From: Fimbriimonadales bacterium
GTDB taxonomy: Bacteria > Armatimonadota > Fimbriimonadia > Fimbriimonadales > JABRVX01
Assembly: GCA_045862955.1 (NCBI GenBank)
Contig: BTVI01000002.1
Span: 1-64,000 of the forward strand
DNA: 64,000 nt
Reading direction: 5' to 3'
A program made the translations under genes and the position numbers. The notes beneath the pieces were generated by a model, which worked only from the letters and a program-made list of their open reading frames with translations, did not search any database and was not told where the DNA came from. Shown here piece after piece: positions 38,156 through 47,203 of this stretch (the first letter of the stretch is position 1; the number at the start of each line of letters is the position of its first letter).

Positions 38156-38184
38156 TTGACAAACTTTTGGTTTTCTGTCAGACT
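38156..38184 (+). promoter_or_regulatory. Putative promoter of the PEP-CTERM gene
   Basis: TTGACA-17 nt-CAGACT preceded by TGn, in an AT-rich patch; overlapped by an inverted repeat TGACA-N14-TGTCA. Confidence 0.4.
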
Positions 38185-38330
38185 TGCTCCTCGCTTAGTG
38201 TGGGCAGGCCCGCGCAGCTCGAGCAAGCGCTGGGCAGTGTCCCTCACTTGGGCCGAGATGCTTTGCGTTGGTTTGCGCATCCTCACCGGATAGGAAACTG
38301 ATCTCAACGAGATTTGGAGGTTTTCGAACG

Positions 38331-39038
38331 GTGAACCGATTCACTAAGACGGCGATTGCCGGCTCCATGTCGTGCGTCGCTGCAGTAGCTTTCGGGCAGA
38401 ACTTGCTCGTAGATCCTTGCTTCGAGACGAGCCAGAATCCGCTGCCTGTGCTAGGGTTCCTTGCTAGCGGCCTGCCTGGAACGGCAGGCATGTGGGGAGT
38501 AGAGGCTGCGGATATCGCCTACGGACCTCAGGGCGACGGGGTTTCGCCGTACGAGGGTAACGCGATGCTCCGCGCGTGGGACGACGGGCTCACCTGGAGT
38601 CAGAACTGGCAGTTCGTAGACGTAACCTCGTACGCCGCGCTGATCGATGCAGGGCTTGCGGTTGCCAACGCGAGTGCCTTCTTCAACGCGCACCTTCCGG
38701 TGCCGCCAGGGCCTGCAGACGTAGCGATCAACATTCACTACTCCACGGACCCGAACGGCCTTTGGGGGACCTACAGCCTTGCCTTCGGTAGCGGTGCGTT
38801 CACGCTGGACAACAATGCCGCCACGTGGGAACAGGTCACGGTGAATGGGGTGCTGCCGGTTGGAACCCGCTTCGTGCTGTTCGAGCTGATGTTCCGCGAC
38901 GACCCGCTGCGCATGCCCGGCGCCGTGCTGTACGGCTATGCAGACTGCGCGAGCCTCGAGATCGTGCCGGAACCTGCCACGATGGCAGCGCTGTTGCCCG
39001 GTCTGCTTCTCTTCCTGCGCCGTAGGGCACGGAGGTAG
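38331..39038 (+). CDS. PEP-CTERM sorting domain protein
   Basis: GGAGG RBS then GTG; signal peptide; C-terminal VPEPATMAALLPGLLLFLRRRARR. Confidence 0.88.
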   Translation: MNRFTKTAIAGSMSCVAAVAFGQNLLVDPCFETSQNPLPVLGFLASGLPGTAGMWGVEAADIAYGPQGDGVSPYEGNAMLRAWDDGLTWSQNWQFVDVTSYAALIDAGLAVANASAFFNAHLPVPPGPADVAINIHYSTDPNGLWGTYSLAFGSGAFTLDNNAATWEQVTVNGVLPVGTRFVLFELMFRDDPLRMPGAVLYGYADCASLEIVPEPATMAALLPGLLLFLRRRARR

Positions 39039-39067
39039 CTCGGGGGCGTGCCGCTTGTGATGCGAAA

Positions 39068-39094
39068 CGGGGCCTTGCCGCCGGCAAGGCCCCG
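39068..39094. terminator. Hairpin between convergent genes (possible bidirectional terminator)
   Basis: CGGGGCCTTGCCG-C-CGGCAAGGCCCCG perfect inverted repeat. Confidence 0.6.
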
Positions 39095-39118
39095 CGCGTT
39101 CGGATACTGCTCTGAGCC

Positions 39119-39394
39119 TTAGGACTCGCCGCCCGCCTGGCTGAACTGGGGCTCGAAAGGAATGAGCCCGAGCCTCGTCGCCATTCGGAACGCCTGGACC
39201 CGGTTGTTGACCTGGAGCTTGTCATAGATGTTGGCCAGGTGAAAATCAACCGTTCGCTTGCTCACGAAAAGCGTGTCCGCAACTTCCTTGCTGGACATGC
39301 CTTGCGCAATCAGGCTCAGCACCTCGATCTCCCGCTTCGTCAGCCTTACCGGCCGCTGCGTCTGTTCGCTTCTGTTCGTTGTGGGCATTGCCAT
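39119..39394 (-). CDS. Stand-alone LuxR/GerE-type HTH regulator
   Basis: LTKREIEVLSLIAQG...LFVSKRTVDFHLANIYDKL; no receiver domain; GAGGGG RBS before the ATG at 39394. Confidence 0.9.
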   Translation of the reverse strand: MAMPTTNRSEQTQRPVRLTKREIEVLSLIAQGMSSKEVADTLFVSKRTVDFHLANIYDKLQVNNRVQAFRMATRLGLIPFEPQFSQAGGES

Positions 39395-39828
39395 AGACCA
39401 CCCCTCGCTGTGACGTTCGAGTAACGCCGCCCCGCGTTCTCTTTCCACACCCCGGCACTGTTTTGAGACGAGATTTGCACTTGCCTGTCGCATTCACTTT
39501 CCCCCCGACTGCCGGCCCGTATCGTTACCGGTGCCGTTGGTCAGACGGCACCGACGGGGGACAGGTTCCCGGTAGCCTGGGGACGTCCCGTGCACAGTGG
39601 TGTGCCAAGCAAGATTGTCGGTTCGACCCGGCTCGTGCCATAGCGGGACCACAGGCCCGAGTTGGCCAGTTAAAACATTGCAGCCTGGTCTTTTGCCCAT
39701 GCGAAACACACCGATCCTCTTCTCTGAACCGGCGGCCCACGCTGAAGAAAAGCAAGAGGGTCAGCCGAGAGAGGCGATTCGGGACCGAAGTCCGGTCTGC
39801 GCAGTCTCTCTCAGCTACGGTGCGGTAG

Positions 39829-40983
39829 CTACCCGTCGTGCAGCGTCTGGGCTTTGGCGCCTTCGGAAGCTCCACACACTAGGAACTTCGATTGTAACTT
39901 AAAACGAGACGAGTAGCCGGTTCGTGTCGTCTCCACGAACGGTTCTGTCGCGTTCTGGTCCACGAGGGCCACGCAGCATCCTCCGAACCCGGCTCCCGTC
40001 ATTCTGACGCCCGCACAGCCCGGTGCCACTTTGGCAGCCGCCACCATGGCGTCCAGCTCCGGGCAGCTCACCTCGTAGTCGTCGCGCAGAGACGCATGCG
40101 AAGCCGCCATGAGCATGCCGATACGGGCTCGGTCCGAGGTCTCCAAGGCCTCCACGAACCTGCCTACCCGCTCGTTCTCGGAGATCACGTGCCTCGCCCG
40201 CCGGTACACGATGTCGCCCAACGAGGCCCTGTGCCGCTCGAGAAGGCCTTCGTCGGCGTCTCGGAGGGCTGGGACGCCCAGTGCGGCTGCAGCCTCCCTG
40301 CACTGCTGCCAGCGCTCGTTGTAGGCTGATTCCGTCAGGCCACGGGCCTTCCCGGTGTCGCACACCACGATGGCGAGGTCCGGTGGCATGCGCACCGGGC
40401 GGATATCCAGGCTACGAGTGTCTACGAGGAGGCAGTGTCCATGCTTGCCACAGGCCGATGCGAGCTGGTCCATGATGCCGCAGTTCAGGCCGACATACTC
40501 GTTCTCCGCTTGCTGGGCAAGTTGGGCAAGGCGTATGGGGCTAAGGTCGAGGTCTTCTACAGAGCTCCACAGCGTCGCGAAGGCGACCTCGAAAGCGGCG
40601 GAGGAACTCACACCTGCCCCGAGGGGCAAGTCGCTGCTTACGAGGACGTCGAGGGCGGTCAGCCGCCGCCCCGTAGCTCCTTCGAGCGCCCAGGCGATTC
40701 CGGCTGCGTAGCGGGCGAAGCCGGTGGGATACCCGGGTGCGAGGCGCGCCATGGAGAAGGAGGTTTCCTGATCCAAGCTTTCGGAGTAGAGACGGCAGGT
40801 GACTCCCGAAGCTTGGGCGGCTACCAAATACACGTAGCGGTCTATCGCGGCGGGCAGCACGAAACCATCGTTGTAATCGGTGTGCTCGCCGATGAGGTTG
40901 ACCCTACCGGGGGCAGCGGCATAGTGCGAGGGCTCACGCCCGAAGCGGTCTCGAAATGCTTGTCGAAGGCGCCGGAGGTCCAT
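39829..40983 (-). CDS. galK: Galactokinase
   Basis: APGRVNLIGEHTDYNDG, GAGVSSSAA, CGIMDQ, RMTGAGFGGC; start at the ATG at 40983. Confidence 0.94.
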   Translation of the reverse strand: MDLRRLRQAFRDRFGREPSHYAAAPGRVNLIGEHTDYNDGFVLPAAIDRYVYLVAAQASGVTCRLYSESLDQETSFSMARLAPGYPTGFARYAAGIAWALEGATGRRLTALDVLVSSDLPLGAGVSSSAAFEVAFATLWSSVEDLDLSPIRLAQLAQQAENEYVGLNCGIMDQLASACGKHGHCLLVDTRSLDIRPVRMPPDLAIVVCDTGKARGLTESAYNERWQQCREAAAALGVPALRDADEGLLERHRASLGDIVYRRARHVISENERVGRFVEALETSDRARIGMLMAASHASLRDDYEVSCPELDAMVAAAKVAPGCAGVRMTGAGFGGCCVALVDQNATEPFVETTRTGYSSRFKLQSKFLVCGASEGAKAQTLHDG

Positions 40984-41174
40984 TGTCGGTGTACTCACCC
41001 TTCGACGTGCGTGCAGGTCGGTCCTTGCGCGGGCCTTGGGTTCAAAAGCCGGCATTCGTATCGTGAGCTTGCCAACGTAGGGGTGGAACAAGCCCAACGA
41101 CGACGAGGAGAGCAAACACGCCGCCCGGCTCGGAATCGTCGATCTCTAACTCCGAAGCGGAGGCTCACGCGCTG

Positions 41175-41519
41175 ATGATGCGAAAGCTCAACAAGAGAGA
41201 TAAGGGCTTCACCCTTATCGAGATCATGATCGTGGTCCTGATTATCGGCGTCTTGCTGGCGATCGCGGTTCCCAACTTTATGAGAGCCCGCGAGACTTCC
41301 AGGGCGAAATCGTGCCAGGCGAACCTGAAGCAGATTGATGCTGCCAAGGAGCAGTGGGCGATGGACAACAACGCCAACAACGGCGACGCCGTCGTCGACT
41401 CCGAGGTGGACGACTACATCAAGAGTGGTGCTCCGACGTGTCCGTCCGGCGGAACCTACACCTACGGTGCAGTCGGCACCGATCCGACCTGTTCCATCGG
41501 CGGCCAGCACTCGCTGTAG
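41175..41519 (+). CDS. Type IV pilin (probable major pilin)
   Basis: Prepilin site KG|FTLIEIMIVV; short globular domain with C...CP...CS-x3-H; GGAGG RBS. Confidence 0.9.
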   Translation: MMRKLNKRDKGFTLIEIMIVVLIIGVLLAIAVPNFMRARETSRAKSCQANLKQIDAAKEQWAMDNNANNGDAVVDSEVDDYIKSGAPTCPSGGTYTYGAVGTDPTCSIGGQHSL

Positions 41520-41538
41520 CGCGGTTACCCAACGGCTT

Positions 41539-41569
41539 CGGATGGCAGTGGGTCGCCCACTGCCATCCG
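41539..41569 (+). terminator. Hairpin after the first pilin gene
   Basis: CGGATGGCAGTGGG-TCG-CCCACTGCCATCCG, 14-bp perfect stem. Confidence 0.65.
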
Positions 41570-41610
41570 CTTAGAAGTCATCTTGGCACCAACAGGGGAG
41601 GAGATGCCGG

Positions 41611-41946
41611 ATGAGAAGACAGCACACGGGTTTGACCCTCATCGAGCTAATGGTGGTGGTTCTCATCATTGGCATTCTCCTTGTTGTAGCGGTTCCGAAC
41701 TACGTACGAGCTAGGACCAAGAGCCAGACAACAGTGTGCTTGAGAAACCTCGCAAAGATCGACATGGCTAAGGAGCACTGGGCCATGGCAAACAAGGCAT
41801 CGAACGGGGCGACTGTCACGATGGACGACTTGGTCTCCGACTTCCTAAAGGCGGCGCCCGTGTGCCCAGCCGGCGGCGACTATGATCCGCGGCCGGTGGG
41901 GACAGCGCCGACCTGTTCTATTGGGGGCGAGCACAGCTTGCCATAG
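41611..41946 (+). CDS. Type IV pilin, paralogue of the upstream pilin
   Basis: TG|LTLIELMVVV; shares NL-x-x-ID-x-AKE-x-WAM, CP-x-GG-x-Y and PTCSIGG-x-HSL with the first pilin. Confidence 0.9.
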   Translation: MRRQHTGLTLIELMVVVLIIGILLVVAVPNYVRARTKSQTTVCLRNLAKIDMAKEHWAMANKASNGATVTMDDLVSDFLKAAPVCPAGGDYDPRPVGTAPTCSIGGEHSLP

Positions 41947-41954
41947 GTGAAGCG

Positions 41955-42398
41955 ATGATCCGAACAAGACGCGGGTTCACTCTAACCGAGGTGCTGTTCG
42001 CCGGGTTCCTGGTGACCATCGCCGCGCTCGCGATGGCCGCTGCGCTGCCTTTGGGACACTTCGCCCGTCAAAAGGCGGACCTTACAACCAAGGCTGCGGG
42101 CGTAGCGAACCGGCAGCTCGAGGAAGTGCGTTCGGTCGGATATCCGAACCTGAACCCTTCGACGCTGCAAGGCTTGGGCATTATCGACAGCATGACCCGA
42201 GGGGAGTTCGGCTATCCGTTTACGAACGCGTCGAGTAACAGCGGAGACGCTGTTAGCACTCTGTTGCCGAATGGTCAGGCATGGCTCGACCTGTACGACA
42301 TCGGTCTCGATCTCAAGTCAGTGGTAGTCACGGTCCGATGGACCGAGAAGGGTCGTAGTCGGACCCTGCGCATGGCCACGATGATCGGCAACCTGTAG
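41955..42398 (+). CDS. Minor pilin (PilV/GspI-like)
   Basis: RG|FTLTEVL; A...LEEVRS; C-terminal VVVTVRW. Confidence 0.8.
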   Translation: MIRTRRGFTLTEVLFAGFLVTIAALAMAAALPLGHFARQKADLTTKAAGVANRQLEEVRSVGYPNLNPSTLQGLGIIDSMTRGEFGYPFTNASSNSGDAVSTLLPNGQAWLDLYDIGLDLKSVVVTVRWTEKGRSRTLRMATMIGNL

Positions 42399-42448
42399 TT
42401 ATCGAGCGAGTCCGATTCTCGATCCATACAGTCTGAAGGAAGGTAGCT

Positions 42449-43027
42449 ATGGTCCGAATACGGGTTGCGCGGCGTCGCGCTGGCATAAGCGCGCTGGAGG
42501 CGTTGCTGTCGCTCTCCATCTTGTCGCTCGTGTTAGTGGCAGGAGTGGGAGTCATGTCAACGACCGTCCGATCTTGGACCGGTGGTGCCCGCCGGGTAGA
42601 TGCGGACAACGAGACCGCATACGCGGTACGTTACATAGCAAGCCGAATGCAAGAGGCTTGTATGGTCAGCGTGGCCCCGAATGGGATGAGTGTGACGTAC
42701 TGGATGCCTCAGAAGGATGAGACCGGCAACTATCGGATGCCGGTAACACCCGAGACCGAGTCGCGCTCGTTCTCGGTGTCTAACGGGAAGCTGTACGAGA
42801 CGGACTCGAACGGGACACGGGAGCTGCTCCCATACGTGTCCAGCACCGATCCGGGGATTCCCGGCTCGGACAAGTCCTACGTTCCCTTCCAGGCCGGAAC
42901 TGGGTCCGTGCCGCGCGTGCTGGCGGTGCACCTGGTCACAGAGCGCTGCGGGGTGAACTGCGACATTCCTGTGCGGTCTCGACACCGCCAGATCATCTAT
43001 CTTCGCAACGTGCCAACACCGAACTAG
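42449..43027 (+). CDS. Minor pilin (PilW/GspJ-like)
   Basis: AG|ISALEALL; C-terminal IYLRN; position in the cluster. Confidence 0.78.
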   Translation: MVRIRVARRRAGISALEALLSLSILSLVLVAGVGVMSTTVRSWTGGARRVDADNETAYAVRYIASRMQEACMVSVAPNGMSVTYWMPQKDETGNYRMPVTPETESRSFSVSNGKLYETDSNGTRELLPYVSSTDPGIPGSDKSYVPFQAGTGSVPRVLAVHLVTERCGVNCDIPVRSRHRQIIYLRNVPTPN

Positions 43028-43039
43028 CGAGGCAAGACC

Positions 43040-44833
43040 ATGAGGAACCGCAAGCAGAACAATCGTGGGGTGGCACTGGTCACCACGCTCATCTTTCTAT
43101 CCACGGTGGTGGTTGCTGTCACTAGCTACGTAGGCTCCACCACATCGGCGTTACGGTTGGCTCGGCACCGTGAGATGGACCTGCGCCTTTTGAACCTGTG
43201 CGAGGCGGGCTTCCAAGCCGAGTTGGTAGCGCTGTGGATCCCGTTCAAGGTGTCGCAGCGGTTCGATGCGATGGATGCTGCGTATCCCGGCGCCTCGCCC
43301 GAGAATCCGTTGGGTGTCATCAGCGGTAGCTACGACGGTGTCGGAGCGTACACGGTGGGTATCGTCGGCTACGACACCCCGGATACGTACAACCGGTTCG
43401 TCACGCTTCGCGCCGTCGGCTTTCAGGACGCGAACAACAACGGGCAGCTGGACCCGGGTGAACCGTATCGTACGGTCGAGACCGTGCAGAAGTTCTCCCT
43501 CGACCGGTCCGGTGTGTTCGATTACGCGTACTTCGCGAACAACTACGGCTGGATGACCGGCTTCGGGCAGGTAGACCTGATTGTGAATGGTGACATGCGG
43601 GCCAACGGTGACTTCACCATATCGGACGGCATTCCCACGATCAACGGCTCTATCTATGCCTGCGCGAACAACCGCCTGGTTCCTCCGGCTCAGGGCATCG
43701 TCAACATAGCTCCGTACCAATGGTCGAACGCGGCGTACACCAGCGACACCGACACGCGGAAGAGGCAGGCCTATGACCCTGCAGTGCACGGGGAGAAGGG
43801 CTCGGAACAGTACGAGCAGTGGCGCGACCTAATCTACGATGCCGAGGCTTCCGTAGTCAACGGTCGGTTCAGCGGCTCGGTGTTGGCAGACTCGCGTGGT
43901 GTTCGCGACTTCCGGGACGTCGTGTTGGATACGAACCCTACCAAGGAACTGACCCTGCCCGACCTAAACGATCTCAACTACTACATCAACTTGTCGCAGA
44001 CATGGGTTGACCAGAAGGCGACCTTCGGAGACGGTACGGCTAATCCCGACTACGGTCAAGAACCTTACATCGAGGTCTGGAACTCGTCTCTGGGTCGCTA
44101 CGTACGTGTTACTACCGACGGTGTCTACAACGGTTCCATCGGTCTCGTCGGGACCTCGTCCAAACCCATCAAGATCCACGGGCCGGTAACGGTCACACAC
44201 GATGCCGTCATCAAAGGGTATGTCCAGGGCCAGGGGACTCTCTACACGGGGCGCAACGTGCACATTGTGGGCAGCATCATCTACAAGAACCCGCCTTCGT
44301 TCGTTGGCAGTTCGCCCGAGAGTATCGATGCAAGGAATGAGAAGAAGGATGTTCTCGCTCTGGCGGCTCGCGGCTCCATCATCATGGGAAACACGAAGAA
44401 GTTCGGGACCATCCCGCTCCGCTACATGACGCCGCCCTTCACGAAGGGACGCTATGATGACCTGGGCAACTGGATACCACCCTTCGATGCAAGGTCCATC
44501 GATTCCTACGGGATTCAGAGATATGCGCCGCTGCTGGGGCACAATTACGTCGACTCCATCTCGTCGAACATCAATCAGTTGGACTGCATCCTGTACACCA
44601 ACTTCGTCGGCGGCGGCAACATCGGCGGTGGTGGCACGGGGGTCACGTTCAACGGCTCCATCATCTGCAAGGACGAAGCTATGGTGTTGTGGAGCCTTCC
44701 GATGAAGATGAACTACGACAACCGCATCCGCGAGCGAGCGCTGACAAACAGCCCGCTGATCGACATCGCACTGCCACGCTCGCCCTCGCTGACTCGTGCC
44801 GTCTGGCAGAGCAAAGGCATGAAGAACTACTGA
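43040..44833 (+). CDS. Large minor pilin (PilX/GspK-like)
   Basis: RG|VALVT lacking Glu5 as in PilX/GspK; LCEAG; DANNNGQLDPGE Ca-binding-like loop; beta-rich C-terminus. Confidence 0.78.
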   Translation: MRNRKQNNRGVALVTTLIFLSTVVVAVTSYVGSTTSALRLARHREMDLRLLNLCEAGFQAELVALWIPFKVSQRFDAMDAAYPGASPENPLGVISGSYDGVGAYTVGIVGYDTPDTYNRFVTLRAVGFQDANNNGQLDPGEPYRTVETVQKFSLDRSGVFDYAYFANNYGWMTGFGQVDLIVNGDMRANGDFTISDGIPTINGSIYACANNRLVPPAQGIVNIAPYQWSNAAYTSDTDTRKRQAYDPAVHGEKGSEQYEQWRDLIYDAEASVVNGRFSGSVLADSRGVRDFRDVVLDTNPTKELTLPDLNDLNYYINLSQTWVDQKATFGDGTANPDYGQEPYIEVWNSSLGRYVRVTTDGVYNGSIGLVGTSSKPIKIHGPVTVTHDAVIKGYVQGQGTLYTGRNVHIVGSIIYKNPPSFVGSSPESIDARNEKKDVLALAARGSIIMGNTKKFGTIPLRYMTPPFTKGRYDDLGNWIPPFDARSIDSYGIQRYAPLLGHNYVDSISSNINQLDCILYTNFVGGGNIGGGGTGVTFNGSIICKDEAMVLWSLPMKMNYDNRIRERALTNSPLIDIALPRSPSLTRAVWQSKGMKNY

Positions 44834-44860
44834 TCGCGAAGGACAGAGAGGAGCCGACTG

Positions 44861-45340
44861 ATGAAACGAAGCCTACTGACGATAGTTTTGGTCCTGGCGA
44901 TGGCTGCAGCCTTCGCGTATCATATCAACCCGGAGGCCAAGCCCGGACCCGAGCCGGGTGTGCGCGAGTTCACAGCTGCCGAGCTCGAGGCGCAGCAGGC
45001 GCACATAGTGGCACAGCCGGAACCGACATATCCCGTGGACACTGATGAGAAGGTGGAAGCGCCGGAAGTCCCAACCGCTTCCGGCACAGCCACTACATTG
45101 GATGCAGGGGGCAAGTCGAAGCCCGTGGTGGACGGTGCCCAGGTGTTGCGTACGGTCAACCAGGATCTGGAGAAGGGCAACAGCGGTCTATGGCGTGCCG
45201 TTCTGGGGTTTCTCGTGTGCTCGTGCGTAGGTTTCGGGGGCATCGCCTACGTTCGTCACTGGGCAGAAAAGAGTGCGCCGGACCCTGCCAAGATGAGGGG
45301 TTCGAGTTCGCGAAGCTCTCAGAAGCCTAAAAAGTTCTGA
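44861..45340 (+). CDS. Hypothetical membrane protein
   Basis: GAGGAG RBS, N-terminal signal/TM segment, second TM near the C-terminus, basic tail; closes the pilin cluster. Confidence 0.65.
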   Translation: MKRSLLTIVLVLAMAAAFAYHINPEAKPGPEPGVREFTAAELEAQQAHIVAQPEPTYPVDTDEKVEAPEVPTASGTATTLDAGGKSKPVVDGAQVLRTVNQDLEKGNSGLWRAVLGFLVCSCVGFGGIAYVRHWAEKSAPDPAKMRGSSSRSSQKPKKF

Positions 45341-45403
45341 GCCTCTCATCTCTCCGTGGTGTCCAGAGCGGGCAACTCTGGGTACTGGTGGTCGAGACTG
45401 ATT

Positions 45404-45434
45404 GGGCGGGGCATCCGAAACGGATTCCCCGCCC
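45404..45434. terminator. Hairpin between convergent genes
   Basis: GGGCGGGG-C-ATCCG-AAA-CGGAT-T-CCCCGCCC. Confidence 0.5.
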
Positions 45435-45499
45435 TAGTCTGATACCGACCTCGTCGAGAGGTATGGCCGGAAGGCCTCGAGAGAGCTTTGCGCAGACGC

Positions 45500-46012
45500 T
45501 TAGCCCCTCAGACCGTAGAGGCCGCTACCCTTTTCACCCACGCGAGTGATGCGCGAACCTGGCTTCTCCGCGGCTGAAGTGATAGCCTGTCGTGCAGCCG
45601 ACGCCGCGTACTTGCCCGCGCCGGGTCTCATACTCAGCAGGGTGTTTACGATCTCGTTCATGCGCAGGGGCTTGCCGGCCTTCGCCAGCACTTCCTCCGC
45701 CATGGTCACGTAGGAACCCGTGCGCCGAGATGCGACTGGTCGTGTGCCTTTCCTCGTTGCCGCAGCCGCGACAGTCTTGGCCTTTGCAGGAGCCTTCGCC
45801 TTAGGAGCTGCCTTCGCCTTAGTAGGCTTGGTGGCAGCCTTTGCGACGGTCCTCTTGCGAGGGGCCGCCTTGGTGGCAGAGGTCTTTGCTCTGCGGCCAG
45901 TTGCCGGGCTACGCAGACTAGCGATCATCTTCTCCAGCATCTGAATCGCAGCGCGATACTCCGCGATCTGCGCTTCAGCTATCTGGATGTGTCTGGACGC
46001 TACATCTAGCAT
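45500..46012 (-). CDS. Basic DNA-binding-like protein: coiled coil, histone-H1-like Lys/Ala/Pro linker, winged-helix-like C-terminus
   Basis: IAEYRAAIQMLEKMIASL; KAAPKAKAPAKAK; AEEVLAKAGKPLRMNEIV...GLYGL. Start uncertain. Confidence 0.65.
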   Translation of the reverse strand: MLDVASRHIQIAEAQIAEYRAAIQMLEKMIASLRSPATGRRAKTSATKAAPRKRTVAKAATKPTKAKAAPKAKAPAKAKTVAAAATRKGTRPVASRRTGSYVTMAEEVLAKAGKPLRMNEIVNTLLSMRPGAGKYAASAARQAITSAAEKPGSRITRVGEKGSGLYGLRG

Positions 46013-46423
46013 GATGATAGTGTAGCACTCCTGATACGTGCAATGCAAGTGGAATCGCTAGGAGTGCGAAAACCGAGCGATTGAGACGTTCTCGATTCCG
46101 GATAGGAATAGTTAGCAGGACGATGCCCAACCCTTCGCTGGGAATTGCGAACCCTTGCTGCGTGCTCCCTCGAACGCGATCTATGACCTTGGTACGTGCA
46201 CCACTCGGTGTGATTAGAGCAGAACGTTGTCGGTTCAGCGTATGCACCTTCAGACCGCGTGAAAGCTTTTTTCATCCACGTTTGATACGGAAGGCGTGAC
46301 GATCGCTTCCAGCGTATATAGGGCTCTTTGTGTGCGCCGAAGGCACTCACAGATAGCGGGAAGGGAACCCCTGGCGCACCGTGAGCGGGGTGCTCCGAAA
46401 TCGCGAAGTTGCTGCCTACGAAC

Positions 46424-47203
46424 CTACGTCTCTCCCACAGGACCGCGATAGGCGATCACTTCGCGACGTGTGGCCTGCAAGAGCGAGTGGAGGCCAGCAC
46501 CCTCCTCGCCCACGACCTCTTGGCTGCCTAGCACAACGAAGATGAGCTGCGCGTCCACCTCCGTTGCCACACTTTCGAGACCTTGCAGTCTATCGCGCAC
46601 GCGCTTCGGCAGACATCGGGCCTCCACTCCGAACTGCTTGCAGTGCTCTGCCACGTGTGTAAGCGTCTTCTTCGCGACTGCTTCCTCGTCCGGCATGGGG
46701 GCGGTTAGGGCTAAAGCCCTAGGCACCTCGATCAGATACACTGCGACGATGCCCGTGTTGCGCGCTCGGGCTATTGCTGCTGCCAGTGTGAGACCATCCT
46801 GGTCCGCGTGATGTCCAGAAAGCGAAACCAGAATCGGCTCTACCAGGTCCTTGCGTTTCGGCTCGACTTCGGTAAGGAGATTAAGCGATGCACGCGCCTC
46901 CTCGATGGAGCCTGCGACCGGTAGCTGACTGCGCACCCCGGGCACCTTCGACAACACCTGACGCACATGGTCGGGGGCGTTTGCCAGGATGAATCGCGCC
47001 TGCCCGCTTTCGATGTATCGGAGCATGTGCAGGAACGTCTCTGCCCCCTCGGGGGTGATGCGCTCGATTTGGCTGAGATCTATGATCACTCCCGCAGGGT
47101 GCCTCTTCAGCACCAGCGCAACTGCCGTTCGGATGGTCTTCCAGTGATCTTGCGTCAAGTCTCCGGAGAGGAAGATAACGTCCTCGGTCCAGTCCACGAT
47201 CAT
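46424..47203 (-). CDS. STAS domain plus universal stress protein (USP) domain fusion
   Basis: IFLSGDL...VIIDLSQIERI (STAS); PILVSLSG...AVYLIEVPRALAL...AQLIFV (USP); ATGA overlap with the transporter gene. Confidence 0.75.
   Translation of the reverse strand: MIVDWTEDVIFLSGDLTQDHWKTIRTAVALVLKRHPAGVIIDLSQIERITPEGAETFLHMLRYIESGQARFILANAPDHVRQVLSKVPGVRSQLPVAGSIEEARASLNLLTEVEPKRKDLVEPILVSLSGHHADQDGLTLAAAIARARNTGIVAVYLIEVPRALALTAPMPDEEAVAKKTLTHVAEHCKQFGVEARCLPKRVRDRLQGLESVATEVDAQLIFVVLGSQEVVGEEGAGLHSLLQATRREVIAYRGPVGET

Noticed and set aside
39525..39875. 116-aa minus-strand ORF between galK and luxR
   Set aside because: Overlaps the galK end and has no recognisable motif or RBS; more likely the regulatory region of luxR.
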